The notes beneath the pieces were generated by a model. That model worked only from the letters and a program-made list of their open reading frames with translations, was not told where the DNA came from and did not search any database. A DNA stretch of 64,000 nucleotides. Origin: a bacterium. Its GTDB lineage: Bacteria; BMS3Abin14. A program made the translations under genes and the position numbers. Of this stretch, positions 40,643-50,043 are shown one piece after another; positions within the stretch are counted from its first letter, which is position 1, and every line of letters begins with the position of its first letter. The DNA is taken from NCBI GenBank assembly GCA_020350725.1, contig CP070719.1, positions 1,579,404-1,643,403 of the forward strand, written 5' to 3'.

Positions 40643-40786
40643 TTTGGGGGATGTAAAGGGGAGGGTGAGAGCAGAGGACGGTCTTAAGGGATAATCGGTG
40701 CTCTCAATGACTCAGCCGGGGGAAATATATCCGTTCTGTTTCAGGGGAAAAGAGATCTGAGGTGGGATGGGAATGCTCCAATCGAT

Positions 40787-41800
40787 CTATTGCGAATACG
40801 GAATCCTGTCCTCTGCGTCCTTTGGCTGAACCAGGATCTCAATCTTGGCCCTGGAACGAAGTCCGTCCAGGAGTTCATTGATCATGGATTTGGATTTCAT
40901 GTGTCTCAGACGGGCTATGATCTGCCCCGTGACCTCCTCCAGAGGGCGAATGGCAGAGGGATCGACGCTCACCACCTTGAAGATGTGGTACCCCCGCCGG
41001 GATTTCACCGGCTGGCTGATGCCGCCGGGGGGAAGGGAGAAGATGACGCTGTCGATATGGGTCTGGAGATTGCCTCTGGTGATGACACCCATGTCACCGG
41101 AAGCAGAGGCCCCGGACGGGTCCTCGGAATATCTCCTTGCCAGAAGCATGAAGTCGGTCCCTTTGACGGCCGCTCCGTAGACCGTCTGGGCTTTATGGTG
41201 GGCTTCCTCTATTGCCGATGGATCACCCCAGGTCTTGACCCTGATAAGGATCTGCTTGATCCGGGCCGCCTCGGGCCTGCTGAAACGGTGGGGGTTCGCC
41301 CTGTAATACGCCTGGATCTCCACGTCCGTGATCACGATCTTCCGATAGACCTCCCGGTCCAGATATCCCTTGATCGTCAGGTTGCGAAAGATCTTTCTCT
41401 TGAGATCCTCCGGAGTCATTTCCACACATGCGAGGGCCGCGGCCATCCCTTCCGAGCCCCCCAGCCTCTCCAGTTCAGCGGCGTACCGGCGCTCAACTTC
41501 CTCCTCGATGCCCGGAAGGCGCAGCTTGAGCCCCTCCTGATAGAGGAGTTCAATGTCGATCAGGCGGTGAAGGGCCATCTCGCTGGGATCGGAGATCCGT
41601 CCTGCCGGCGGCCTCGGGTTTATCAGAGCCGCCTCCAGAGCGCAATCGAGGTCGGATCGATAGATGGGCATGCCGTTGACCTTCGCAACGGCCAGCTTGT
41701 CGTCGGCACGGGCCCCCTGAGAGCCGATGGTCGTGACTGCCAAAGCTGCCAGGAGCAAGACCGTGGTTGAGGCATGTGTTTTCCAAAGGGAGTTAACCAT
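40787..41800 (-). CDS. Parvulin-type peptidyl-prolyl isomerase (SurA/PrsA-like)
   Basis: Signal peptide, VAKVNG..I, SurA-N region, DF..LARRYSED...SGDMG, PVKSRRGYHIFKV. Confidence 0.85.
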   Translation of the reverse strand: MVNSLWKTHASTTVLLLAALAVTTIGSQGARADDKLAVAKVNGMPIYRSDLDCALEAALINPRPPAGRISDPSEMALHRLIDIELLYQEGLKLRLPGIEEEVERRYAAELERLGGSEGMAAALACVEMTPEDLKRKIFRNLTIKGYLDREVYRKIVITDVEIQAYYRANPHRFSRPEAARIKQILIRVKTWGDPSAIEEAHHKAQTVYGAAVKGTDFMLLARRYSEDPSGASASGDMGVITRGNLQTHIDSVIFSLPPGGISQPVKSRRGYHIFKVVSVDPSAIRPLEEVTGQIIARLRHMKSKSMINELLDGLRSRAKIEILVQPKDAEDRIPYSQ

Positions 41801-41867
41801 GATCACGTCAGAGAGAATAGACCACCTCGTGGCTGCCTGGCGGTGGGTGCCCTTCGCGGAGCGCACC

Positions 41868-41901
41868 GAAAAAAAAAAGGGCGGCCCTTTCAGAACCGCC
41901 C
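41868..41901 (-). terminator. Intrinsic terminator between the two PPIase genes
   Basis: Minus strand GGGCGG-ttctgaaaggg-CCGCCC followed by a long T run. Confidence 0.8.
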
Positions 41902-41965
41902 CTCCACTCGGTGATAAGTAAACCCTATATTTTGCTGATTGTCAATAATGATGACCTTGAGTGGC

Positions 41966-43045
41966 TCACTGGGTGGATCCCTGTCCCGGCTGGGGATCGG
42001 CCGGCCCGCCGGGGGATTCCGGCGTCAGGAAAACCTCTATCTCGGCTTTTTCCGAGAGCTCCTTGATCCTTTCGTTTACCGTCGAGTTGACCTTGTCCCT
42101 CTTCATTTCGACCATGAGATCTTCCTTGACCTCGTCGAAGGGGAGGGTCCTGGGATCCTTCCGGTCCGTGACCTTTATGACATGGTACCCGAACCGGGTT
42201 AACACGGGATCGCTTATCTCGCCGGTTTTCATTGCAAATGCGGCGTCTTCGAAGGGTTTCACCATCCGACCGCGGCCGAAATAGCCCAGGTCTCCACCCG
42301 ATGGGCCGCTGGGACCTTCGGAGTGTTCCATGGCCAGTGCCGCGAAATCAGCTCCCTCGGCCCTGGCCAGATCGGTGATCTCCGTGGCACGGGCCAGGGC
42401 CTTGTCCTTCTCTTCCTGATCTGCTTCGGAGGGGGCATTGATGAGGATATGGCTCGCCTTGACCTGTTCCTCCTCGGTGAACCTTTCCGGGTTCTGATTA
42501 AAATATTCCCTGGCTTCACCCTCTTCGATCGAGGTCTTCGCTACGATGGTTTCCTCCAGGAGCAGCTGAATACTCATCTGTTTCTTCATGCTGGCCTTGA
42601 GGGAATCTTCATCGAAGCCCCGTCTTTCCATCTCCTCATTGAACTCCTCCTTCGATGGATACTGTTCAGCCAGTTCGGAGAAGGACTCATCCACTTTATC
42701 CGGTTTGGCCTCGAACCCCTGCCTGACCGCTTCCTGGTAGAGAAGCTCACCGGCGATGAGCTGGTTCAGGACCTGGCTGCCTATCCTGTCCATGAGCGAC
42801 TGTTCGGGTGTTCCCAGGATGCCCATCCTTACGGCGGTGTTCTTTACCGCGGATTCGACTTCGGACATGGGGATGGACTGACCGTTTACAATGGCTGCCG
42901 CCGATCCTTTATCGGAGGGCGTGGCGGCCTGCACCGCCTCGGCCTTGCCCTCCTCCGCAGGCTTATCGCCTTTGGCGCAGGAGATCGGGGGCAGGACCAT
43001 AGTGGAAAAGAGGATCAGGAAGCAGACGGTTCGAATCGATTTCAT
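41966..43045 (-). CDS. Parvulin-type peptidyl-prolyl isomerase (PrsA/SurA-like, probable lipoprotein)
   Basis: [54 protein letters not shown]. Confidence 0.92.
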   Translation of the reverse strand: MKSIRTVCFLILFSTMVLPPISCAKGDKPAEEGKAEAVQAATPSDKGSAAAIVNGQSIPMSEVESAVKNTAVRMGILGTPEQSLMDRIGSQVLNQLIAGELLYQEAVRQGFEAKPDKVDESFSELAEQYPSKEEFNEEMERRGFDEDSLKASMKKQMSIQLLLEETIVAKTSIEEGEAREYFNQNPERFTEEEQVKASHILINAPSEADQEEKDKALARATEITDLARAEGADFAALAMEHSEGPSGPSGGDLGYFGRGRMVKPFEDAAFAMKTGEISDPVLTRFGYHVIKVTDRKDPRTLPFDEVKEDLMVEMKRDKVNSTVNERIKELSEKAEIEVFLTPESPGGPADPQPGQGSTQ

Positions 43046-43128
43046 TATATTTTCCTTTTCTTCTGGAGTTCTCTTTCAGCGCGGGTGGCATCATAGAGTA
43101 TTTTGGGTGGAATGGGAAGGGGGGTGCA

Positions 43129-43228
43129 GGTGATCGGTGATCTGTGATCAGTGATCGGAAGAGACGGTTGAAACACCCAGAGCGACCGTGGTCTTTACTG
43201 GTCATCAGTCACGGGCCACGGTTCACTG
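43129..43228. repeat. Inverted heptamer arrays overlapping the nadE 3' end
   Basis: ggtgatc ggtgatc tgtgatc agtgatc ... tttactg gtcatca gtcacgg gccacgg ttcactg. Confidence 0.75.
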
Positions 43229-44880
43229 ACCAAAAACATCTTTGCCTTGGCGATGGGGTAGCGTCGTCCCAACCCGAAGGCCTTCCAGGAGACCTTGAGT
43301 CCCGGTGCAGCCTGTTGCCTTTTGTATTCGTTCCCCTCGACCATGTTGAGGACCCGGGTGACAAGGTCGGGGGGAAATCCGTCAGCGACGATCTCACTGT
43401 GGGTTTTGTGGTCCTCGATGTAGGCCTTCAGAATGGGGTCCAGTGTTTCGTAGGGAGGCAGGAAATCGGAATCCTTCTGCCCCGGCCGAAGTTCGGCTGA
43501 GGGCTCTTTGGTCAGGACCCTCTCGGGGATCACCTTTCCCTGTCGATTCATGAATCTGGCCAGCTGGTAGACCTCTCCCTTGTAGAGATCACTGATGACG
43601 GCCAGTCCGCCGGACATATCCCCGTAAAGGGTGCAGTATCCCGTGGCCAGTTCCGATTTGTTTCCGGTGGAGAGGACGAGGTGTCCGAATCGATTGGAGA
43701 GAGCCATCAGGATGTTGCCGCGGATGCGGGCCTGGATGTTTTCCTCCGTGACATCCCCCGGCAGACCTTCCAGGCTTTCCTCGAGGTCCGAAAGATACTG
43801 CCGGTATATACTCATGATGGGAATGGTCTTCGTCTCGATCCCGAGGTTGGCGGCCAGATCGGCGGCGTCCGCCATGCTCTCATCGGATGTGAAATCCGAT
43901 GGCATCAGCACCCCAAGGACCCGATCTGAACCGATGGCCTCGGCAGCGATGACGGCAGTGATCGCCGAGTCGATGCCACCGGAAAGACCCAGCACAGCGG
44001 AGGGAAAACCGCATTTCCTGACGTAGTCCCTCAGGCCGAGGACAAGGGCGCTGTGTACCTGGGCGATGTTCTCGGCTCGTGGTCGGGCGATGAAATGCTC
44101 ATGGGGGCGGTCGATATCGACCACGAGCATCTGCTCGGTGTATCCTTCGGCCATTGCCACCGTCCGACCCTCTCGGTCGATGACGAAGCTTCCGCCGTCG
44201 AAGACAAGGGAGTCGTTGCCGCCGACGAGGTTGACGTAGACGACGGGTATTTTGAACCGGCGGGCGATGTTGGTCAGCATCTCATATCTCAGAGATGCCT
44301 TCCCCTGACTGAAGGGGGAGGCCGCGATGTTGATGAGGGGCATGGGATCGGCACCGAGCGTTTCCTCGACGGGATCGAAATGGTAGATCCGCCTTTTCCA
44401 GTAGGTTTTGTCGTTCCAGACATCCTCACAGATGGAAAGAGCCACCATGCCGCCCGAGATCTCCACCGTGGTCAGTCCGGCTCCCGGCTCGAAGTGACGG
44501 TTCTCATCGAAGACATCATAGGTGGGCAGGAGGATCTTCCTGTGCGTTGTGACGACCCTGCCTCCTCGGATGAGGACCGCCGCGTTGTAAAGGGGTTTCC
44601 CTTCGCTGGTGTCCTCGCGGGGCAGAACGGTGCCTATCAGCACGTCCAGGTCTATTTCCGCCGTCGCCGCGATCAACGCCTCGAGGGCCTTCCGGGCCAT
44701 GCCTATGAACTCCCTGTTCTCCAGGAGGTCCAGGGGTGGATAACCCACGAGGCAGAGTTCGGGAAATACAGCCAGTTCGGCTCCCGAATCCCTCGCTCTT
44801 CGCGCGCCGTCGAGGATCTTATCCACGTTTCCGGAAAAATCGCCGATTGTGGAGTTGATCTGGTGGAGGGAGATCTTCAT
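43195..44880 (-). CDS. nadE: Glutamine-dependent NAD+ synthetase
   Basis: Nitrilase domain (FPEL, K..LPTYDVFDE.R.F, ICED) plus synthetase domain (GLSGGIDS, ENIQARIRG, TGNKSE, PSAELRP.QKD). Confidence 0.96.
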   Translation of the reverse strand: MKISLHQINSTIGDFSGNVDKILDGARRARDSGAELAVFPELCLVGYPPLDLLENREFIGMARKALEALIAATAEIDLDVLIGTVLPREDTSEGKPLYNAAVLIRGGRVVTTHRKILLPTYDVFDENRHFEPGAGLTTVEISGGMVALSICEDVWNDKTYWKRRIYHFDPVEETLGADPMPLINIAASPFSQGKASLRYEMLTNIARRFKIPVVYVNLVGGNDSLVFDGGSFVIDREGRTVAMAEGYTEQMLVVDIDRPHEHFIARPRAENIAQVHSALVLGLRDYVRKCGFPSAVLGLSGGIDSAITAVIAAEAIGSDRVLGVLMPSDFTSDESMADAADLAANLGIETKTIPIMSIYRQYLSDLEESLEGLPGDVTEENIQARIRGNILMALSNRFGHLVLSTGNKSELATGYCTLYGDMSGGLAVISDLYKGEVYQLARFMNRQGKVIPERVLTKEPSAELRPGQKDSDFLPPYETLDPILKAYIEDHKTHSEIVADGFPPDLVTRVLNMVEGNEYKRQQAAPGLKVSWKAFGLGRRYPIAKAKMFLVSEPWPVTDDQ

Positions 44881-45113
44881 TTGAGGCAATCTTCGGGTAA
44901 TAACGGAGTGCTGTCAACAAGTTAAAGGTAGGGATTCGTCTTTAATCCCCGTCTCCCTTTGCGGCCTCCCGTCACCGGCATAGTGCCCAGCCGGACCTAT
45001 TTGTGTAAATTTTCTATTCAATGTGTAGAATTAGTATGTAAAAACTCTCCCGCGGTGTGCCGGGTGGGACCACAATATGTTATTTTTTAGACACTTATGG
45101 AGTATCCGATAAA

Positions 45114-45129
45114 TGGCACGTTCTTTGAA
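45114..45129 (+). promoter_or_regulatory. Sigma-54 promoter candidate for the glutamate synthase operon
   Basis: TGGCACG-TTCT-TTGAA: perfect -24 element, -12 reads GA instead of GC; AT-rich upstream region with TGTGTA repeats. Confidence 0.55.
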
Positions 45130-45321
45130 TCTTATGTGGTCGACAGAGGACAGTCGACCCTCCGATCGGGTTTTTCAAAGAGGTCCACCACCTTTTTCAG
45201 TAAAGGTCCACTGCCCCTCCTGAGACGGCCAAGAAAAAGAATTAACAATCGACCTCAAGAGGTGGGCGATGTCATCTTCGGGCGGGCCACGCTCGCTTCT
45301 GAGAGCAAACGGAGGCTGTAG

Positions 45322-45783
45322 GTGAAGAGAATCTATGCCAGGGAGGAAGTCTGCATCGGCTGCCGGCTGTGTGAGATCCACTGCCAGGTAGAACACTCCC
45401 GGACCAGGAATATTATAAAGACGTTCAAGGAAGAGGTTCCTCCTCCGCCCCGGATCAATGTCGAGGAGGAGGGGCCGGTATCCTTTGCCCTCCAATGCAG
45501 ACACTGTGACGAACCATACTGCGCCTATTCCTGCATCGCGGGCGCTATCTATCAGGATGAACAGACGGGAGAGGTTATCCAGGACATTGAAAAATGCATT
45601 GGTTGCTGGACCTGTGTCCTTACCTGCACCAAAGGGGCCATCAGGCCTGACCTCAGGGGTCCGCGAAAAGCGGCCAAGTGTGACCTGTGTCCGGACCGGG
45701 AAATCCCGGCCTGTGTGGAAATGTGTCCCAACGATGCGCTGTACATTGTGGAGGAAGAGATCAAGGAGACCGTACCCGGGTAA
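45322..45783 (+). CDS. 4Fe-4S dicluster ferredoxin-like protein (CooF/DmsB/HydN type)
   Basis: CIGCRLCEIHC, CRHCDEPYCAYSC, CIGCWTCVLTC, KCDLC...PACVEMCP; RBS GGAGG. Confidence 0.9.
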   Translation: MKRIYAREEVCIGCRLCEIHCQVEHSRTRNIIKTFKEEVPPPPRINVEEEGPVSFALQCRHCDEPYCAYSCIAGAIYQDEQTGEVIQDIEKCIGCWTCVLTCTKGAIRPDLRGPRKAAKCDLCPDREIPACVEMCPNDALYIVEEEIKETVPG

Positions 45784-45951
45784 CGGAGTGCGCGGTTGGG
45801 GTGGAGAGCCCAGGGCTCGCACAGGGGCGGAGATGAACATTGTCACCAAAGGTGCGCTTGAGTTAATTGAGGATTCATTTTCGATATTGGGTTCTGGGTA
45901 TTGGACTGAACTCCCGGAACCTGCAACAGAACCGAAATTGGGACGGAAGAC

Positions 45952-47274
45952 ATGGCGACAAAGAAGTTTGATTACCTGATCATCGGCAACAGTGCGGGCG
46001 GCATCGGCTGCGCCGAGGGGATCCGCAGGGTCGACACCAAGGGCACCATCGCCATGGTTTCCGATGAGCCCTATCACACCTATTCCCGACCCCTGATCAC
46101 CCACCTCCTGGAGGGGGACGTCGACAGGAAGGGTATGGACTTCAGACCGAGGGACTTCTACCGCAGACACGCCGTCGAGCCTTTGCTCGGTTTCAGGGCG
46201 GAGGACCTGAACACCGATGGAAGGTCGGTGAAGGTCATCGGGACCAATGGGAAGGCCGGAACGAGGCATAATCTCAGATACGGAAAACTGCTCGTCGCAA
46301 CCGGCGGCGCGCCGTTCATACCGGCCATGGATGGCCTGGGCCTGGGCGGCGTCACCCCGATGATCAACCTGGCTCAGAGTCTGGACGTCAAGAAACGGCT
46401 GGCCAGGGTCCGAAACGCAGTCGTTTTGGGAGCCGGTCTTATCGGCACCAAGACCGCTGAAGCCCTGTCCCAGGTCGTCAACCGAGTCACCATGGTTGAG
46501 CTCGCCGACCGAATCCTGGCTCCCGTCAGTGATATCAGGTCCTCGCGGATGGCAGCTGACGCGTTCCGCGGCAACGGTGTCGAGGTGATCCTCAACAACA
46601 CCGTTACCGGCATCCAGGGGGATGAAAAGGGACAGGTAACCGAAGTTGTTCTCAGGGACGGTTCCGTCCTCCCCTGTGACCTGTTCGTGGTCGCCATAGG
46701 CGTCCGGCCCCGCACCGATCTTCTGGAAGGCAGTGGTGTGGAACTGGCCTCGGCCAAAGTGGGCGGTGGTGTCGAGGTCGATCTGAATATGGAAACGAGC
46801 GTGGAGGGCATTTACGCCTGCGGGGACTGCGCCCATGCCCACGATTTCGTCACCGGAGGAATGAGGCTGCTGCCCCTTTGGCCCAACGCCTACATCGGGG
46901 GCCGTATCGCCGGATTAAATATGGCCGGGTCCCCACACCACCACAGATGGGCCACGAACATGAATTCCGTGGATTTCTTCGGGTTCCCGATGGTCTCTGC
47001 CGGGTTCATGCTCAAACCGGACAGGAAAGGCTTCGAGGAGATCGTCCGTGACGAGGGGCACTGGTACGCCAAGATCATCCTCCAGAACGACGTCATAAAA
47101 GGATTGATCATGGCGGGCAGGGTGGAACGGGCCGGCATCTATCTGGGACTGATGCGAGGCAGGACGAAGGTCACCGCTTTCAAGCGCGAACTGCTGACCG
47201 ACGCCTTCACCGCCGTTCACCTCCCCGACGAGGTGAAGGAGGAGATCAAAAAGCCGATCACCGTCATCGAGTGA
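45952..47274 (+). CDS. FAD-dependent NAD(P)H oxidoreductase (NirB N-terminal/FNOR-like)
   Basis: IIGNSAGG, YSRPLI, ATGG, VLGAGLIG, AIGVRP, TSVEGIYACGD. Confidence 0.88.
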   Translation: MATKKFDYLIIGNSAGGIGCAEGIRRVDTKGTIAMVSDEPYHTYSRPLITHLLEGDVDRKGMDFRPRDFYRRHAVEPLLGFRAEDLNTDGRSVKVIGTNGKAGTRHNLRYGKLLVATGGAPFIPAMDGLGLGGVTPMINLAQSLDVKKRLARVRNAVVLGAGLIGTKTAEALSQVVNRVTMVELADRILAPVSDIRSSRMAADAFRGNGVEVILNNTVTGIQGDEKGQVTEVVLRDGSVLPCDLFVVAIGVRPRTDLLEGSGVELASAKVGGGVEVDLNMETSVEGIYACGDCAHAHDFVTGGMRLLPLWPNAYIGGRIAGLNMAGSPHHHRWATNMNSVDFFGFPMVSAGFMLKPDRKGFEEIVRDEGHWYAKIILQNDVIKGLIMAGRVERAGIYLGLMRGRTKVTAFKRELLTDAFTAVHLPDEVKEEIKKPITVIE

Positions 47275-47374
47275 CAATGATCGGCTGTGCGAAGCAAGGG
47301 GTACAAAGGACACAGGTAAACCCGCTTTGTACCCGGTACACAAAGGTAAAGGATAATTTCGAGGGATCAAGAGC

Positions 47375-48550
47375 ATGAAAGACCTGTCGAAAGTGAATAA
47401 TCCCTATAACGACGAGAAGGTCATCTCCCAGTGCTCCATCTTCGGGATGATGAGCACTGTAGGGGAGTTGTTCTCCGGCAAGGCCATCATTACGGCCGTG
47501 GCCAATATGCACGACCGCGGTAACGGCCTCGGGGGGGGGTTCGCCATCTACGGATGCTATCCTGACAGGTCTGAGGACTACTGCCTGCAGATCATGTTCA
47601 ACACCCGGGTTTCCAGGGAGGAAACGGAGGTCTACCTGAAGCGGTTTTTCCACATCAACCACGCTGAGGAGATCCCCACCTTTCCCACGAAGGCCATCAA
47701 GAATCCCCCCGATGTCTGGCGCTACTTCGTCCAGCCCAAACTCGAGGAGTTGCATGAGATCATCAGCGAGGACGACGTGGTCACGCGCAGGGTGTTCACG
47801 ATCAACACCACCCTGGAGGGAGCCTACGTCTTCTCCTCCGGAAAGAACATGGGTGTCTTCAAAGGGGTCGGATTCCCTGAGGAGATCGCCGAGTACTTCG
47901 GACTGGAACATTACCAGGGGTACATCTGGACCGCTCACGGTCGATTCCCGACCAACACTCAGGGATGGTGGGGTGGCGCTCACCCCTTTTCCCTGCTGGA
48001 CTGGACCGTGGTCCATAATGGTGAGATCAGTTCCTATGGGGCCAACCGCAGGTTCCTGGAGATGTACGACTACGTCTGTTCAATGCACACCGACACGGAG
48101 GTGGTGGCCTATGCAGTGGATCTTCTCGCCAGAAGACACGGCCTGCCCGTTGAGGTGGTGATGGATATTTTTTCTCCCCCGGTCTGGGAGCAGATCGACC
48201 GCATGGGGCCCGAGGAAAGGGTATATTTCGAGGCCCTGAGGAACACCTACGGCCCCCTTCTCCTCAACGGACCCTTTGCCATAATCGTCGCCCATCACGG
48301 CGAGATGGTGGCTCACACCGACCGCATCCGCCTGAGGCCCATGGTCGCCGGCATCAGGGGCGACATGGTCTACGCCTCCTCCGAGGAGTCGGCCATAAGG
48401 CTCGTGTCCCCCCAACTGGACAGGGTGTGGATCCCGGTGGGCGGACACCCGATTATCGCTCGGATCAAGGATACCCCGGGCCAGGAGGTGGTCAAGGGGG
48501 GCCGGGAACTGGATAAGGGCGAGAAGGCGGAGGAATTTCCGACATGCTGA
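47375..48550 (+). CDS. Glutamate synthase, class II glutamine amidotransferase subunit (GltB domain 1)
   Basis: Cys20 (CSIFG), HDRGNGLGGG, HGRFPTNT, AHPF, HNGEISSY, TDTE. Confidence 0.88.
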   Translation: MKDLSKVNNPYNDEKVISQCSIFGMMSTVGELFSGKAIITAVANMHDRGNGLGGGFAIYGCYPDRSEDYCLQIMFNTRVSREETEVYLKRFFHINHAEEIPTFPTKAIKNPPDVWRYFVQPKLEELHEIISEDDVVTRRVFTINTTLEGAYVFSSGKNMGVFKGVGFPEEIAEYFGLEHYQGYIWTAHGRFPTNTQGWWGGAHPFSLLDWTVVHNGEISSYGANRRFLEMYDYVCSMHTDTEVVAYAVDLLARRHGLPVEVVMDIFSPPVWEQIDRMGPEERVYFEALRNTYGPLLLNGPFAIIVAHHGEMVAHTDRIRLRPMVAGIRGDMVYASSEESAIRLVSPQLDRVWIPVGGHPIIARIKDTPGQEVVKGGRELDKGEKAEEFPTC

Positions 48551-50043
48551 CATCACTACTGCCTGAGTTCACCGTCGACCGCAGCGAGGACCGGTGCATC
48601 CAGTGCCGGGTGTGTGAGCGGCAGTGCTCCTTCGACGTCTTCGGCTACGACGGGGAAAACAACGTCATGGTCCACAGGGAGGAGAACTGCGTGGCCTGTC
48701 AACGATGCTCTGTCCTGTGCCCGACCAATGCCCTCGTCATCAGGGAGAACCAGTACACCTACAGGCCGAATGCCAACTGGACCCGGGAATACATCCAGGA
48801 CCTGAAAAAGCAGGCCGAAACGGGCGGGGTACTCCTCACCGGCATGGGCTGCGACAAGCCCCACAAGATCTACTGGGACCATATTCTCATCAACGCCTCT
48901 CAGGTGACTAACCCGTCCATCGATCCTCTGCGCGAGCCCATGGAGCTCAGAACCCATCTGGGACGGAAGCCGGACCAACTGGAGATGGTGGACGGCAAGC
49001 TGGTCCTGCCCGATTATCCCAACGTGGAGATCTCGACGCCCATCATGTTCGGAGCCATGTCCTACGGAGCCATATCCTACAACTCCTTCCGTTGCCTGGC
49101 CCGCGCCGCCTTCGAATACGGGACCATGTTCAACACGGGCGAGGGCGGCTGGCCCATGGAGCTTCGCAAGTACGGAAAGTCTACCATCGTGCAGTGTGCA
49201 TCGGGGCGATTCGGCCTTGATCTGGAGTACTTCAACGACGCAGCGGTGGTGGAGATCAAGATCGGACAGGGGGCCAAACCCGGCATCGGCGGCCACCTTC
49301 CCGGAGAGAAGGTCTCGGAGCATATCAGCCAGACGAGGATGATCCCGGAGGGTTCAGATGCCATCAGCCCGGCACCCCACCACGATATCTACTCCATCGA
49401 GGATCTTCACATGCTGATTCACGCCATCAAGGAGGCGGTGGATTACCAGAAGCCGGTATCGGTCAAGATCAGCGCGGTCCACAACGCCCCGGCCATCGCC
49501 TCGGGGATGGTGCGGGCGGGAGCGGACATCATCGTTCTTGACGGCCTGCGCGGCGGCACCGGTGCGGCGCCAAAAATCCTCCGTGACAACGTGGGTATTC
49601 CCATTGAACTCGCCCTGGCGGCGGTGGACACGAGGCTTCGCAACGAGGGGATCCGTAACTGGGCCTCCCTGGTCGTTTCCGGTGGCATACGGAACTCGGC
49701 CGATATCTTTAAAGCCATCGCTCTGGGAGCAGATGCGGTGTACATCGGCACGCCGGCCCTCATGGCCCTCGGCTGCACCGTGTGCCAGAAGTGCTACACG
49801 GGTAAATGCGCCTGGGGCATAACCACCCAGGATCCCTATTTGACGAAGAGGGTGAATCCGGAGATCGGGACCCAGAACCTGAAGAACCTCCTGAGGGCCT
49901 GGAGCCTGGAGATAAAGGAGCTCCTGGGCTGCGGCGGGATCAACAGTATCGAGTCCCTGAGAGGAAACCGGCTGCAACTCAGGGGAATAGGCCTCGAGAG
50001 CTGGGAACTCGAGGCGCTGGGAATCAGAGGAGCAGGACAATGA
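48544..50043 (+). CDS. Glutamate synthase FMN-binding subunit with N-terminal 2x[4Fe-4S] domain (archaeal-type GltB domain 2)
   Basis: Two N-terminal CxxCxxCxxxC motifs; AMSYGA, NTGEGG, SGRFG, EIKIGQGAKPGIGGHLPGEKV, SPAPHHDIYSIEDL, C..CQKCYTGKC. Confidence 0.93.
   Translation: MLTSLLPEFTVDRSEDRCIQCRVCERQCSFDVFGYDGENNVMVHREENCVACQRCSVLCPTNALVIRENQYTYRPNANWTREYIQDLKKQAETGGVLLTGMGCDKPHKIYWDHILINASQVTNPSIDPLREPMELRTHLGRKPDQLEMVDGKLVLPDYPNVEISTPIMFGAMSYGAISYNSFRCLARAAFEYGTMFNTGEGGWPMELRKYGKSTIVQCASGRFGLDLEYFNDAAVVEIKIGQGAKPGIGGHLPGEKVSEHISQTRMIPEGSDAISPAPHHDIYSIEDLHMLIHAIKEAVDYQKPVSVKISAVHNAPAIASGMVRAGADIIVLDGLRGGTGAAPKILRDNVGIPIELALAAVDTRLRNEGIRNWASLVVSGGIRNSADIFKAIALGADAVYIGTPALMALGCTVCQKCYTGKCAWGITTQDPYLTKRVNPEIGTQNLKNLLRAWSLEIKELLGCGGINSIESLRGNRLQLRGIGLESWELEALGIRGAGQ

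Noticed and set aside
45070..45084. NrdR-box-like CCACAATATGTTATT
   Set aside because: Single copy, lacks the conserved G, and no ribonucleotide reductase gene is adjacent.
45175..46842. Long antisense ORFs (e.g. 45175-46842, 16424-17692, 29116-30309, 61392-62732)
   Set aside because: They shadow well-supported genes on the opposite strand, as expected from high-GC codon bias, and carry no recognisable motifs.
49806..50039. N-terminal extension or frameshift fusion of the GXGXG subunit
   Set aside because: An ATGA overlap with a GAGGAG RBS at 50040 explains the arrangement; no slippery site is needed.
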